Assembly: GCA_965261395.1 (NCBI GenBank)
Contig: OZ253462.1
Span: 1,504,001-1,568,000, forward strand
Length of the DNA stretch: 64,000 bases
Direction of reading: 5' to 3'
Source: Candidatus Latescibacterota bacterium
GTDB lineage: Bacteria; Latescibacterota; UBA2968; UBA8231
The translations under genes and the position numbers were made by a program. This document shows positions 20,577-30,985 of the stretch, piece by piece (the stretch's first letter is position 1; every line of letters starts with the position of its first letter). The notes below the pieces were generated by a model. The model ran no database searches. It saw nothing but the letters and a program-made list of their open reading frames with translations, and was not told where the DNA came from.

Positions 20577-21504
20577 GAAGCGGTCTGAAAACTTTTTTTA
20601 TGCGAGTCGTTTGAGTAGCAAGTGGATCATGGCGATGTGAATCAAGGCCTCGCTATGGCGTGGCAACACTTCATAATCTCTCGCATGACGGCGAAAGTTC
20701 ATCAACCACGCAAAGGTTCGTTCCACCACCCAACGACGTTTGAGCGGTGTAAATCCAGTCCCTTGTTTGGCGACGACTTCCAAGTCGATCTTATGCGTCT
20801 TTTTTAAGTCCGCTACCCAAGCTTTGAGGTCGGCCCCCGAATAGCCGCCATCAACCCACAGCTTGCGCAGCCTAGGCACACCGGGAGCCGCGTAGCGTGT
20901 CAACACGCGCTTCAGGCCGTCCCGATCGCCCACCTCGGCGGCGGTGACTTCCACCTGTCGGATCAACCCCAAGGTATCCACCAACCGATGACGCTTGCGT
21001 CCTTTGATCTTTTTGCCCGCGTCATAACCGATTGTTTCCCCTTAGGTTGCCGTCTTAATGGTCTGGCTATCGACGCAGCCGGCCGACGGGGTGGGTTGGC
21101 GGCCTTGCCGGCGGCGTTCCCGTTGGGTGAGTCGATCCAATATCGGCGGCCAGACCCCGTTTAGGCTCCAGCGACGAAAGTAGTCATACACGGTTTTCCA
21201 CGGCCCAAAACTCGGCGGCAACAAAGCCCAGGGACCGCCGGTTTTGGTCCGATACAAAAGGCCATTGATGATCTGGCGTGGATCCCGCCGTGGGCGGCCC
21301 GGCCCGCCGGGATGCCAGATGGGGGCGGGCAGTAATGGCTCGATCAGACGCCATTGCGCATCGGTTATATCGGTGGCATATTCGTCCGTCGGCGTACTCA
21401 TCATAGGGCCTTTCTGTTCAGATTTTGTGGTGAAACCTGAATATGGCCCGATGAGTACGCCGCTTCAAGCGCTCGATCCAGTATGAGAGTTTTCAGACTG
21501 CTGC
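20577..21504 (-). mobile_element. IS5-family insertion sequence (~928 bp)
   Basis: Terminal inverted repeats GAAGCGGTCTGAAAACT / AGTTTTCAGACTGCTGC, each flanked by TA; encloses a transposase. Confidence 0.85.
20598..21404 (-). pseudogene. IS5-family DDE transposase with an in-frame TAA at 21042-21044
   Basis: TDAQW, PWKTVYDYFRRW, VDSQTIKTAT*GETIGYDAGKKIKGRKRH, DGGY, RWVVERTFAW; the two ORFs share one frame. Confidence 0.85.
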
Positions 21505-22035
21505 TAAGACGTGATAGACAGCATTTGTGCGGAGAGTTTCATGCGTCTTTTGTAACGTTTTTTTGAATATAATACCTTCTTCATAAGGTTCAGTCGTTGT
21601 TCCTTTTGCCTGATCAATCTCCTCTTCTAAGCCCTGTTCGCGGGATTTCAACTCTCGTTGTAATTCATTTTTCAGATCGTTTTTGATCCGCGTAATCCAA
21701 TCCTCATAAGCCGCTTGGATGTCCTTCGCGGCATTGTGGAGAGACTTGGTCAAGTCTTCACGTAGTTGCTTAAACTGTTCGATTTCCACGCGCTCAATTT
21801 GGTGCTGTCTCGTGTTGACAAATACCAGCAGACCATCTTTCAACGCCTGAAGAGCTTGACCTTTTGCCTGGATATAATCCCTCGTCCTTTCTTGGATGAT
21901 CTCGTCTTTTTTCACCCGTACTCCCTCGACAACATTCCGCACGGCTCCTATGCTGGACAGCTTGTCCAAATTGATGTCCGACAAGTCCGCGTCCACAGCA
22001 GAAAAATAATCCGGATACATCTCCAGCAAATTGTC

Positions 22036-23141
22036 CGCGGATTCAACTCGTAAGCGCAATTTCGCCATGTTTGGGTTGAACTTCTGTTTCCTTGCATAAG
22101 ATTTCATGCGGCGTTTGAAATGCCAAGCCCTTTCGCGGTCGATGATTGAGCCGCTCCATGATGTGGTGTACCTGCGCCTGGGACAGCGTATCCAAGGCCG
22201 TCCCTTTGGGCACATACTGGCGAATCAGCCCGTTGGTGTTCTCGTTGAGTCCGCGCTCCCAGGCATGGTAGGGATGGGCAAAATACACAGCCGCGTCCAA
22301 CGCTTGGCTGATCGTGGCATGGTGGGCAAACTCCTTGCCGTTATCGGCCGTAATCGTCTGGGTATGCCCCTTATGGGCAGCGAGCAACGCAATGGTGGCC
22401 GCCGCTACGTGCTCGGCCTGTTTGGAGGGGACTTTGCCCAGCACGGTATAGCGCGAGCGACGTTCCACCACCGAGACGAGCGCCCCGGTGCGTGCACGTC
22501 CCATCACCAAGTCGATTTCCCAATCGCCGATGCGACTTTTTTCCTCCACGATGGCCGGTCGCTGGTCCATGCTGATGCGGCCTTTAATCTGCCCTCGGGC
22601 ATCGGCTTTTCCATAACGTTTCTTGCGTTTCTTCTGACTGTGGCGCAGATGGCGATACAACATCCCGCCCGCCTGGCGATCCGCCTGGATGTGCTGGTAG
22701 ATACGCTGCGGACTCAATCGAAACCCGTCGGTCGTCGCCAGCCGACCCGCAATCTGCTCTGGACTCCACTGCTGACCCAGGCCCGCTTCGATGCGCTCGA
22801 TGACCGCCGCCGTCATCTTGGTCGCCTTCGCCTTGTGGCGACGACGCGCCAACGCTTTGTGATGGGCTTGGCCGGGACGATAGCCGCGTTGCCCTTGATT
22901 GCGCCGCAACTCCCGACAAATCGTCGAGGGCGATACCGCCACCGTCGCCGCGATGGACTGCTGATCATGCCCGGCTTTCTTCAGGGCGTAAATTTGGTAT
23001 CTTTGATGCTCGGTCAACTGGTGATACGTTCCCATAAGCGCCTCCGTCGGGAGCTGCGTTTGAAATGGCCAGGGAAAATATACCAGTTGGCCTTTTCTAT
23101 GCCAGCTACCCAAGCGATTGCACTTACAAGTTGAATTCAAG
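22036..23141 (-). mobile_element. IS30-family insertion sequence (1106 bp) with a 3-bp target duplication GTC
   Basis: Inverted repeats CGCGGATTCAACTCGTAAGCGCAAT / ATTGCACTTACAAGTTGAATTCAAG; GTC at 22033-22035 and 23142-23144. Confidence 0.9.
22043..23035 (-). CDS. IS30-family transposase (intact)
   Basis: YHQLT...RELRRN, WSPEQI, GDWEID, DNGKEF, WERGLNENTNGLIRQY. Confidence 0.95.
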   Translation of the reverse strand: MGTYHQLTEHQRYQIYALKKAGHDQQSIAATVAVSPSTICRELRRNQGQRGYRPGQAHHKALARRRHKAKATKMTAAVIERIEAGLGQQWSPEQIAGRLATTDGFRLSPQRIYQHIQADRQAGGMLYRHLRHSQKKRKKRYGKADARGQIKGRISMDQRPAIVEEKSRIGDWEIDLVMGRARTGALVSVVERRSRYTVLGKVPSKQAEHVAAATIALLAAHKGHTQTITADNGKEFAHHATISQALDAAVYFAHPYHAWERGLNENTNGLIRQYVPKGTALDTLSQAQVHHIMERLNHRPRKGLAFQTPHEILCKETEVQPKHGEIALTS

Positions 23142-24342
23142 GTCCCAAGCATGTCGCATGTCCTTGTCCCACTCGTCTTGCGATCCGAAGCGTTGTTTCA
23201 GGCTTTCGCACATGCCCGAGGAGACAATGACACTTCCCTTACCTGCGAGTAATGAATCATAACTGTTCCTCACTTCGGGGTTACTCTCTTTCAGGTCCGC
23301 GATAACCTTTTTCAATTGATTACCAAGAATCTCAGATAGACGGTCCAATACGCGATCGAGTTGTCCATCATTATCGGCCTTCAGACTGCCGTAAAGTTGG
23401 GTGTCGGCCTGAGCCGCTACGACGCGCAGTTCGCGGACGCCCTCCTTGCTGGTAATCCGATCCATCAAGTTTAGATCTTCAGTCGTCATAAACTGACCCG
23501 CAGGGCTGACGATCAATACCACATCGCACTGACTCAGATGCTCGCGGGTGCGCTCCTCTCGAGACTGCACTGGATCGTTAATGCCCGGCGTGTCCACAAT
23601 CTCTATGTCCTTCAGACTTTCTTGCGGAAGCCGGATATTGACGCTCTTGGTAAACGGCATATACCGGCCCTCCACGCCGACATAATCATCCAACTGACCG
23701 CGCAAATATGCAAGGCTTGCAAACTTCAAGGTCTCTTTCCCGGAGTTCCTATTGGACCATCCGGCCTTTTGCATTTTCGCGTACTGATCATGCGCGGCTG
23801 AGAGCTCGGTTTTCTCTCGCATTTCCCTATCGGCCTTGCTCTGTGCCCGTTCCTCTGGTGTTCGAGACGCGGTGCTAGGCCGAGACGTCCGACGCTTCAC
23901 TTCGCCCAAATATGTCTCGTATAGTCTCTCCCACTCGGTCTCGTATTCCCTGTTCTTGGCTTCGATGTTAGCGAAATCTTCATCGCTAAAAAATTCCACT
24001 TCTGCCGCCAGCGTTTCCCCATGAGACAGAGTCGTCAAGGCCGCCGTCATAGGCGTCGCGGCCTTGGGCAAAAGGCTTTGCCCTTGAAAAAGAAGCGCGT
24101 TCAGCAGCGAGGATTTCCCGGCCTTGACCCGCCCCACAATGCCGATTCTGAGCAGCCGGTTTTTCTCGGCAATAGACGCCAAATCCGCCTGCAATTTTTT
24201 CGCTGGCTCAATGCCGTACTCGCGACACAGTTTGACCGCTTCATCACCGAGAAAATCATTGTACTTACTGATGACCTCATCTAGCTTTTCCCGCGCTGAG
24301 ATGATGCCGTGATCTTTCATTTCCTGTTCCTTCCTTTTATCG

Positions 24343-24509
24343 GGTAGTGTCTGAGAAGTCGTAGCGTTGTCACTCCTGCGAAGCCTGTTTCTGCGAAAGA
24401 AAGCAGGAAGCAGGAATCCAATCCAGCGCGTCAGCCTAGGGAGCGGGATCAGACGTGGAAGCAAAGGCGGCTTAGATAGGTGAGCAAGGCATACCTTTCA
24501 GACACCACC
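24343..24509. repeat. MITE-like element containing a REP-like palindrome
   Basis: Imperfect terminal IR GGTAGTGTCTGAGAAG / CCTTTCAGACACCACC; internal GTCACTCCTGCGAA...GCAGGAATCCA. Confidence 0.45.
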
Positions 24510-26247
24510 TAGGGAAAGATCGCTCGGTTTGCCAGCGAGCGGATGCGATCCCGAATGCCGGTCAGTTCGGCAATGGTCTGTTCAATACCCTGCAACTCGT
24601 TCTTCTTGGCCTGCTCGGCGGCAGCGATTTCGTCTTGTTTGGTTTTGATCTGCTCATCAATCAACGCCGCCGCCTCGTTGATCAGCGTATTCACCTGCTC
24701 AGCAAAAGAATCGCCAAGCTCGCTACGCAGTTTGGTTTTGAACGACGGAATAGCCGTTCCGATTAATTGCTCGTGAATTTGTGTCTTTTGCTGTTGCTTG
24801 CGGAAATAGCCGATAATGTCGGGGAGAAAGACAATTACGAGTTCCACAAGTGGCGCTACGAAGCCGGTCGTAATGGCTAGCGCGGTGGTAGCAACCCGAT
24901 ATAAGTTGCGATTACGGAGTGCTCCGGATACGCCCTGTGCTTCAATCGTCCTCTTCAAGCCCACCGCCACAGAGCTTGTCGCCGAACGAAGTGCTTCCCC
25001 AGTTTTGTGCCCGACGTCATCTGAGTCCCAGTTCTCCCCAGCCCTTATATATGAGGCGAGAATCGGCTCAACACCTTCGAGGCTGCTCGACAAGTCTCGC
25101 ACGATTTCTTCGTTTAGCTGATCCAGTTCGGTTTTTACGTGGCGTACGAGTGAGGCGCGGACTATTTCCGTCCAGTATCGTTGCAGCGCATCCTCGCCAC
25201 CGTTCACGGCGACATTGGTCAATTCGTCAACCGCGTTGTTCAGGTCGGTTCCCACGCCATTCACAATGCTATCGACGCGGCGCGTGGAGTACCTCGCACG
25301 AACATCCTCGACCATCTCGTTCTTCTTACGCTCCAATTCCCGCAGGCCGACGGCGAGTTCGTCAATAGCTTCCTGATTGTCGCTCTCGTCCTTTTGCAAT
25401 GCACTGATACGCGTATTCAAGCCTCCGTCTAAATCAAAAAAGTGCTCCTCTAAGCGGGGTTTCCAACGCCGGTCGAAAAGCACTTCGGGATCAATCGCCT
25501 TGAGCATCTTTGCGAGGCTCTCGCCACCCTCTAGGTCAACCACAACGACCTCATCGCCAAAATCAAAATCATCGCTGAGTTGCTCCTTAATATTCTGAGC
25601 AATGGCGACCACATCGGACTCCGAACGCAGATTCGCCTTGCTCAAGAAAACGGAAAATGCCTTGTCGAACTCGTGGAACTCCGACAACTGCCGCTGAATG
25701 GAGCGGGTAACAGTGCCCTCCTCCACGCTGATCAAAACCGCATAGTGACTCCCTCTATCGAGATAGGTCAAAACAGCTCGCTGATGGGCATCCAACGGCG
25801 AATCAAACCCTGGCATATCTACCAAAACAAGGGGCGCAATCTCGCGTAGCGGCTCGCTGTTGAGAAAGACCTCTAGGTACGTGTATTGCCGCGCTTTCTC
25901 CTTGATCGAGCCTATATCCCCGATGTCAAAACTATCCGCCTCTCCATCGGCCTTGATCGCCTCAATGTAATCGCTCGTAGAATGGCGCAATTCGGTGGCC
26001 AACGCCGTTTCCGGCGTGATGTTCACCGGTAGAAGCTCGGAATGCAAAAAGGAATTGATCAACGTGCTCTTGCCCGCGCTGAAAGCCCCCACCACCGGCA
26101 CCATCAGCTCGGCCCCGATAATGTCCTGCTTTAACTCCCCTAGCGATTGTACGCTTTTTTGATGTCCTCAAACGCATAACCGGCCTTTTCCAACTCGGCG
26201 TTCACCGCATCTAGATACTCGACAAACTGCTGTTGATTCTGAAGCAT
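24509..26247 (-). pseudogene. Dynamin-like GTPase 1, frameshifted in an A6 run near the 5' end
   Basis: GAFSAGKS, PETA, DMPG, SKAN; RBS plus ATG at 26247 (MLQNQQQF...) joins the main ORF if one A is added at 26155-26160. Confidence 0.75.
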
Positions 26248-26338
26248 ATTCGCGCTCTCCTCAGCGCTATTGTTGCATATTTTTTTGGATTTAAGCGCAC
26301 CGACTATACCTATTGCTTACCAACACGTCAACAGCTAT

Positions 26339-27319
26339 CTACCCCTCCCGCTGTCGTCGGCGGTCAACCCACGAATGCAGGGCCATCATTGCCAAGATGA
26401 TCGCGCCGATGAAAATGTTGTACGCCAGTCCGGGCACGCCAATGAGCACAATGCCGTTGCGCATCAAGCGCAAGATGAACACGCCGAGCACCGTGCCGAT
26501 GATAGTGCCGCGCCCGCCCGTCAGGGCCGTCCCCCCAATCACGACCATAGCGATGACCTCCAGCTCGTAGCCCGTGCCGCTGTTGGGATTGGCCGCGGCC
26601 GTGCGAATGGAGCTGATGATGCCGGCGAAACCCGCCATGACGGCTGAGAGGACAAACAGCTTGACCTTGGTGCGTTCTACGGCCACCCCGCGGGCGCGTG
26701 CAGCTTCGGTATTGCCGCCTGCGGCTTGGAGCCAGTTTCCCATCTTGGTCTGCGTCAGCAGATAGCCGAGCAACAGCGCAGCCGCCACAAACCAAAATAG
26801 CGACATGTACAAGCGCAGGCCGCCCACGTTGAAATCCCCGACCAGTAGCTCGGCGAGGAAGAGATCCTCGGCGTCCCAAGTCCGCTGCGGGAACCCTCTG
26901 GTCGCCACCAACGCACTGCCCCGCACGACCAGCAACATGCCGAGCGTCACCAAGAACGAGGGAATCCGCAAGCGCGTGACGAACAAGCCGCTGCACAGGC
27001 CGATAGCCGCCGCCGTGCCTAAGGCGAGGACAAAGCCGACCTCAATGGACGTGGCCTCGGTGTTGTACAGGGTCCACATGAGCACCGGACAGAACCCGAA
27101 CAACGAGCCGACCGAAAGGTCGAATTCGCCGGCCGTCATCAGCAGAGTCATGGCCAGCGCAATCAGCCCTAGCTCCACTGTGAAGGCCAGCATGTTGCCG
27201 ATGTTGCGCACTGATAGAAACGCCGGATTGATCTGCCAGAAGACGAAAATCATGGCGACCAGCAGAACGAACGGGCCGAATTCCGGCCTCGACATCATGC
27301 GCTGTACAACCGCGTTCAT
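26339..27319 (-). CDS. Sugar ABC transporter permease (RbsC-like)
   Basis: GEFDLSVGS, IPSFLVTLG, GGNTEAARARG, YELEVIAMVVIGG. Confidence 0.95.
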   Translation of the reverse strand: MNAVVQRMMSRPEFGPFVLLVAMIFVFWQINPAFLSVRNIGNMLAFTVELGLIALAMTLLMTAGEFDLSVGSLFGFCPVLMWTLYNTEATSIEVGFVLALGTAAAIGLCSGLFVTRLRIPSFLVTLGMLLVVRGSALVATRGFPQRTWDAEDLFLAELLVGDFNVGGLRLYMSLFWFVAAALLLGYLLTQTKMGNWLQAAGGNTEAARARGVAVERTKVKLFVLSAVMAGFAGIISSIRTAAANPNSGTGYELEVIAMVVIGGTALTGGRGTIIGTVLGVFILRLMRNGIVLIGVPGLAYNIFIGAIILAMMALHSWVDRRRQREG

Positions 27320-28249
27320 CTATTCGCCCGATAGAATGTCGTCGTAGAGCTGGGCCTCGTCGGCTTCGTAGAGCGCGCCAGTAATGACGTCGAAACCGGG
27401 CGGAATGCCGCTGGCAGCCATAGAGGCCAACGACAGCGCCATGTAACTAATCGCCAACGGATCTTGCCACATGGCCGCGTTGACGTAGCCGCTGAGGATT
27501 TCCTCGGTGGTGTCGAGGGAGTTGCCCCAGCCGACGACGGGAATGTCGCCGGGGGCGGAACCGGCTTGGTCAAAGACGCGCTTGATGCTGCCAGTGACTA
27601 GGTCGCCGAGGCCGATGATTGCGTCGATGTTGTCGCCGTTGGCCGTCATGTAGTCAACCATGCGGGCGATGACTTCGGCTTGGTCGAGGGTAGCGTCGGT
27701 GACTTCCCAGGTGATGCCCAACGGCTCAAAGACGCTGGCGACGCCTTGTTCCTCTTGGACGCCATAGGTCGCACCTGGCACTTCCACTGGCATCCAGACG
27801 AAATCGCCGGGTTTGACGTGCCCCTTATCGACCAGATACTGCGCCCACTGCCGGCCCACCGCCACCAAGTTGCCCCCGACATACGCGTCGAAACTGGCGG
27901 TGGGATCGGGCGTATTCATGTTGATGATGGGAATGTTTGCGTCGTTGGCTTCCTTGGCCACTTGCACCAAGCTGCCCGGGTCGGGGCTGCTGGTGACGAT
28001 GCCGTCGGCCCCAGCGGCAAGGGCAGCGCGCACAGCCTCCTGATGAGAAGCCACGTCGCCGTTGTGGAAGGACGTGTTGACTTGATGACCGGTATCCTGA
28101 CTCCACTGTTGCGCCCCGGCTAGGAAATACGTCCATACCGGATCGGCGGGCGAGCCGTGCGAAATCCAGTAAAAGGTCTTGGCCTCGGCCAAGGGCGCGT
28201 TCAAGGCCAGCAGCGCGCTGGCAAGCGCAACAATCCTCGTCTTAAACAT
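27320..28249 (-). CDS. Sugar ABC transporter substrate-binding protein
   Basis: Signal peptide; HGSPADPVW, GADGIV and WQDP motifs of periplasmic binding protein type 1. Confidence 0.9.
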   Translation of the reverse strand: MFKTRIVALASALLALNAPLAEAKTFYWISHGSPADPVWTYFLAGAQQWSQDTGHQVNTSFHNGDVASHQEAVRAALAAGADGIVTSSPDPGSLVQVAKEANDANIPIINMNTPDPTASFDAYVGGNLVAVGRQWAQYLVDKGHVKPGDFVWMPVEVPGATYGVQEEQGVASVFEPLGITWEVTDATLDQAEVIARMVDYMTANGDNIDAIIGLGDLVTGSIKRVFDQAGSAPGDIPVVGWGNSLDTTEEILSGYVNAAMWQDPLAISYMALSLASMAASGIPPGFDVITGALYEADEAQLYDDILSGE

Positions 28250-28270
28250 CGGCGTTCCTCTCTAATTAAG

Positions 28271-29938
28271 TTACAATTCCAGATCCACGAGATTCTCCTC
28301 AAACACCTCCACTTGCGCCGCGTATTGCTCCCGTAGTCTGACGATCAATTCCTCGAAGTACTTGTTCTCCTCGGACTTTCTCAGCCAGTACTTGGCCCGC
28401 CGCACCGTCTGCGGAAAAGGCTCGGGCCGGTCGGGGATGCGCTCCTCGACCTTGAAGATGGAAAAGCCTTCCTCTAGCACTAAGGGGCCTTGCAACTCGC
28501 CAATGGGGGCCTTTTCCATGGCCTCGTCGTGGAGTGGGCCGAATCTGGCCCGCTCGTACGCATGCAGGTGGATCCGCCCTTGTTGCTGTTTGGCGAACTG
28601 CCGCGTGGTGTGGCGCACGGCGAGCATCTCCATATCCGCTCCGCCCTCGATTTCCTTCAGCAGCGAATCGGCCACGGCCCGGATGGGAACCAAAATCTCC
28701 AAAATCACGGTCGCGCGCGGCTCCATGAACTTGTGCAGGTTGTTCTCGTAATAGCGGCGCGCCGAAGCGTCGGTAGTATCGATGAGGGCCTGAACTTCGC
28801 GCTCTTTGAGCGCTTCGAGCAGCAGGGCCTCTTTCCTGTTGTGCAGCCAAGCCACGACCGCCGGGTCCTCGTCCAAGCCCTCCTCAAGGGCTTCGAGGTA
28901 AAACAGTTGGACCGACAGGATGTGCGTATCGATGAAATCGGCGATGCCCTCGCGGCTGAATTCGAGCCGGTACTGGAAGCGGGCCTTCCAGTGCGCATTC
29001 ATCAAGTCCTCGATGGTGAAGTGCCCGCGGTCGTAGCGGCCCAGAATCCGCTCTCGGTCTGCAGGCGCAATGTCCCACAAGGCGGTACTGCCCTTGGTAC
29101 CCTCGACAATGAGGAACGCGACGGCTGCCGTATCCACCTCAACCTTGTACTTGGGCTTGAGTTCGGCCACCCGCTCCTGCTGGGCGCGCTCGTAATTCTG
29201 CCGGAAGAGCCACTGAGCGAATACTTGGAGGTAGTAGTCGGGCGCGCGGGCTTCGTCCAGTACCTTGAAAATCTCGTACGCGCCCCGCACCTGAAAGGGC
29301 TGGCTGACCTCGCCCTTCGGCACCTCGAACAGGACGTGGGCGATAGACAACGGGAGCTGCACATCCCGCAAGTTTTCTCGGCCTATAAAGTTATCGCTCA
29401 GAAGGCCGCCGTTGGCTGCCGTGGTTTGATTCACCGAGCGTTCCGCAGCTACTTCTGCGAATGGGCGTCCCTGCTCCAGCTCTTGGACGACTCGTTGGGC
29501 TTGCTCTTGGGTCTCCACCCGAATGTGCGCTAGCTTTAGCAGGCGGCTCCACTTGCTCTTGGCGAATTGCTCCCGGACTTCCTGCTCCGAGGGCTGGCTC
29601 TCGGGCAGCACGTGTCGATCTATGTACTCCTTGACGATCCTGTGCTGCTGCTCCTGCTCCCATTGCGCGGCGAATTGCGCCTCCTTATCCAAGCCTTTGG
29701 CGCGGGCGGCCACGAGCATCAATTCCATGTCGATCAGGGTCTGGAGATAATCCTTGGCCGCGTCAATGCCGGTAGCTTCCGATCTCAGCAGGGCCGGCGT
29801 CTCCGCGGCGAAAAGGGTTAGGTCCTCGCGGGTAATTTCTTTGTCGGCGACTCGGGCGGCGACATGGTCGGCGACATCGCTAGGACTGCCGCACTGAATC
29901 AAGACGAGTGCGGCGAGAGTCGAGATATTTCTGCGCAT
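28271..29938 (-). CDS. Lipoprotein peptidyl-prolyl isomerase with two parvulin domains
   Basis: LIQC lipobox-like segment; AHIRV...FAEVAAERS...NGG; second domain with EILV...GFSIFKV. Confidence 0.85.
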   Translation of the reverse strand: MRRNISTLAALVLIQCGSPSDVADHVAARVADKEITREDLTLFAAETPALLRSEATGIDAAKDYLQTLIDMELMLVAARAKGLDKEAQFAAQWEQEQQHRIVKEYIDRHVLPESQPSEQEVREQFAKSKWSRLLKLAHIRVETQEQAQRVVQELEQGRPFAEVAAERSVNQTTAANGGLLSDNFIGRENLRDVQLPLSIAHVLFEVPKGEVSQPFQVRGAYEIFKVLDEARAPDYYLQVFAQWLFRQNYERAQQERVAELKPKYKVEVDTAAVAFLIVEGTKGSTALWDIAPADRERILGRYDRGHFTIEDLMNAHWKARFQYRLEFSREGIADFIDTHILSVQLFYLEALEEGLDEDPAVVAWLHNRKEALLLEALKEREVQALIDTTDASARRYYENNLHKFMEPRATVILEILVPIRAVADSLLKEIEGGADMEMLAVRHTTRQFAKQQQGRIHLHAYERARFGPLHDEAMEKAPIGELQGPLVLEEGFSIFKVEERIPDRPEPFPQTVRRAKYWLRKSEENKYFEELIVRLREQYAAQVEVFEENLVDLEL

Positions 29939-29980
29939 TAGAGGTCTCCGGTAGCGGCAAATAGGCGAACAAAGGCCAAC

Positions 29981-30862
29981 TTAGGTGGTAATCCCAAGGG
30001 CCTCCACCTGCGCCAACAGCGTCTCGCGCTCGTCGGGTCGCACGGGTCGCAACGGACGTCGGGGATCGCCGCACTCTATCCCTATGCGCTGACTGACCAC
30101 GGCCAAGACACTGCCGAAATAGCCGAATTGCGCCACCGTGCGGTGAAAGGCAGTGGCCCGTTCCTGGGCCTGTTTTGCCGCGGCCAGATCGCCTGCCTGA
30201 TAGGCATTCCAAATGGCCATCCACAGTTCCGGGGCCGCGCACAAAGGACCATCCACAGACCCAACGGCCCCGACAGTCATGGCCGGCAACATCAGCTTGC
30301 CGCTGCCGATAAAGGCGTCTAGCCCCATGCGGACGAATTCGAGCAGGTTGGCGAATACCGGCGACGAGTGTTTTAAACCAACTGTCTGGGGTACTTCCTC
30401 AACTAGGCGCTGCATCAGGGCCGGACTGACATCGAGACCGGTGCAGCCAGGCAAGTTGTAGATGAACAGCGGCCGGTCGGCCGCAGCCCCCACGGCTCGA
30501 TAGTATTCTACCACGCCGTCGTCGTCGCCTTGGTAGAAAAAGGGGGGCACCGCGCAGATGGCTTCCACTCCGGCTTGGGCTGCGTGAGCCGCCAATTTTT
30601 CGGCCCGCGCCGTGGTGTTGGCCCCCACGTGCATGATGACCTGGGTGCGTCCCGCATTCTGGTCGGCGGAGATTTCGGCGATGCGCTGGTTCTCCTCGTC
30701 GTCGAGCAGGACGCTCTCGCCGGTGCCGCCGGCGACCCAAAAGCCGTGTACGCCAGCTTGTATATTGAACTCCATTGTGGCGCGGAAGGCCTCTTCGTTT
30801 AAGGTGCCATCCTCGTTTTTTGGACTGATAATCGCCGGCACTACCCCGTGGAATTGTCCCAT
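29981..30862 (-). CDS. DapA/NanA-family class I aldolase
   Basis: GGTGES, IYNLP, GLKHSS Schiff-base lysine. Confidence 0.9.
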   Translation of the reverse strand: MGQFHGVVPAIISPKNEDGTLNEEAFRATMEFNIQAGVHGFWVAGGTGESVLLDDEENQRIAEISADQNAGRTQVIMHVGANTTARAEKLAAHAAQAGVEAICAVPPFFYQGDDDGVVEYYRAVGAAADRPLFIYNLPGCTGLDVSPALMQRLVEEVPQTVGLKHSSPVFANLLEFVRMGLDAFIGSGKLMLPAMTVGAVGSVDGPLCAAPELWMAIWNAYQAGDLAAAKQAQERATAFHRTVAQFGYFGSVLAVVSQRIGIECGDPRRPLRPVRPDERETLLAQVEALGITT

Positions 30863-30985
30863 GTTTTCCTCCTTAGTATCACTATTTGTTATAATACCTC
30901 AGCACTCTTTCGCGCCGAGGCGGACCACGCTCAATATAGGCGTCGATTTCTCGGCTTCCAACACTCAGACCGCTAGGAGGATGGT

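Larger units (their letters stand above)
21505..24320 (-). pseudogene. Dynamin-like GTPase 2, split by IS30 and cut at the 3' end by IS5
   Basis: GRVKAGKS, PMTA, DTPG motifs; removing IS30 rejoins RHAWD|NLLEMYPDYF in frame; the frame then runs into the IS5 end. Confidence 0.85.

Noticed and set aside
22106-23134. 342-aa plus-strand ORF
   Set aside because: Antisense shadow of the IS30 transposase
26150-26165. Programmed -1 ribosomal frameshift at AAAAAAG
   Set aside because: The codon phase is C-AAA-AAA-G rather than A-AAA-AAG, and no clear stimulatory structure is visible
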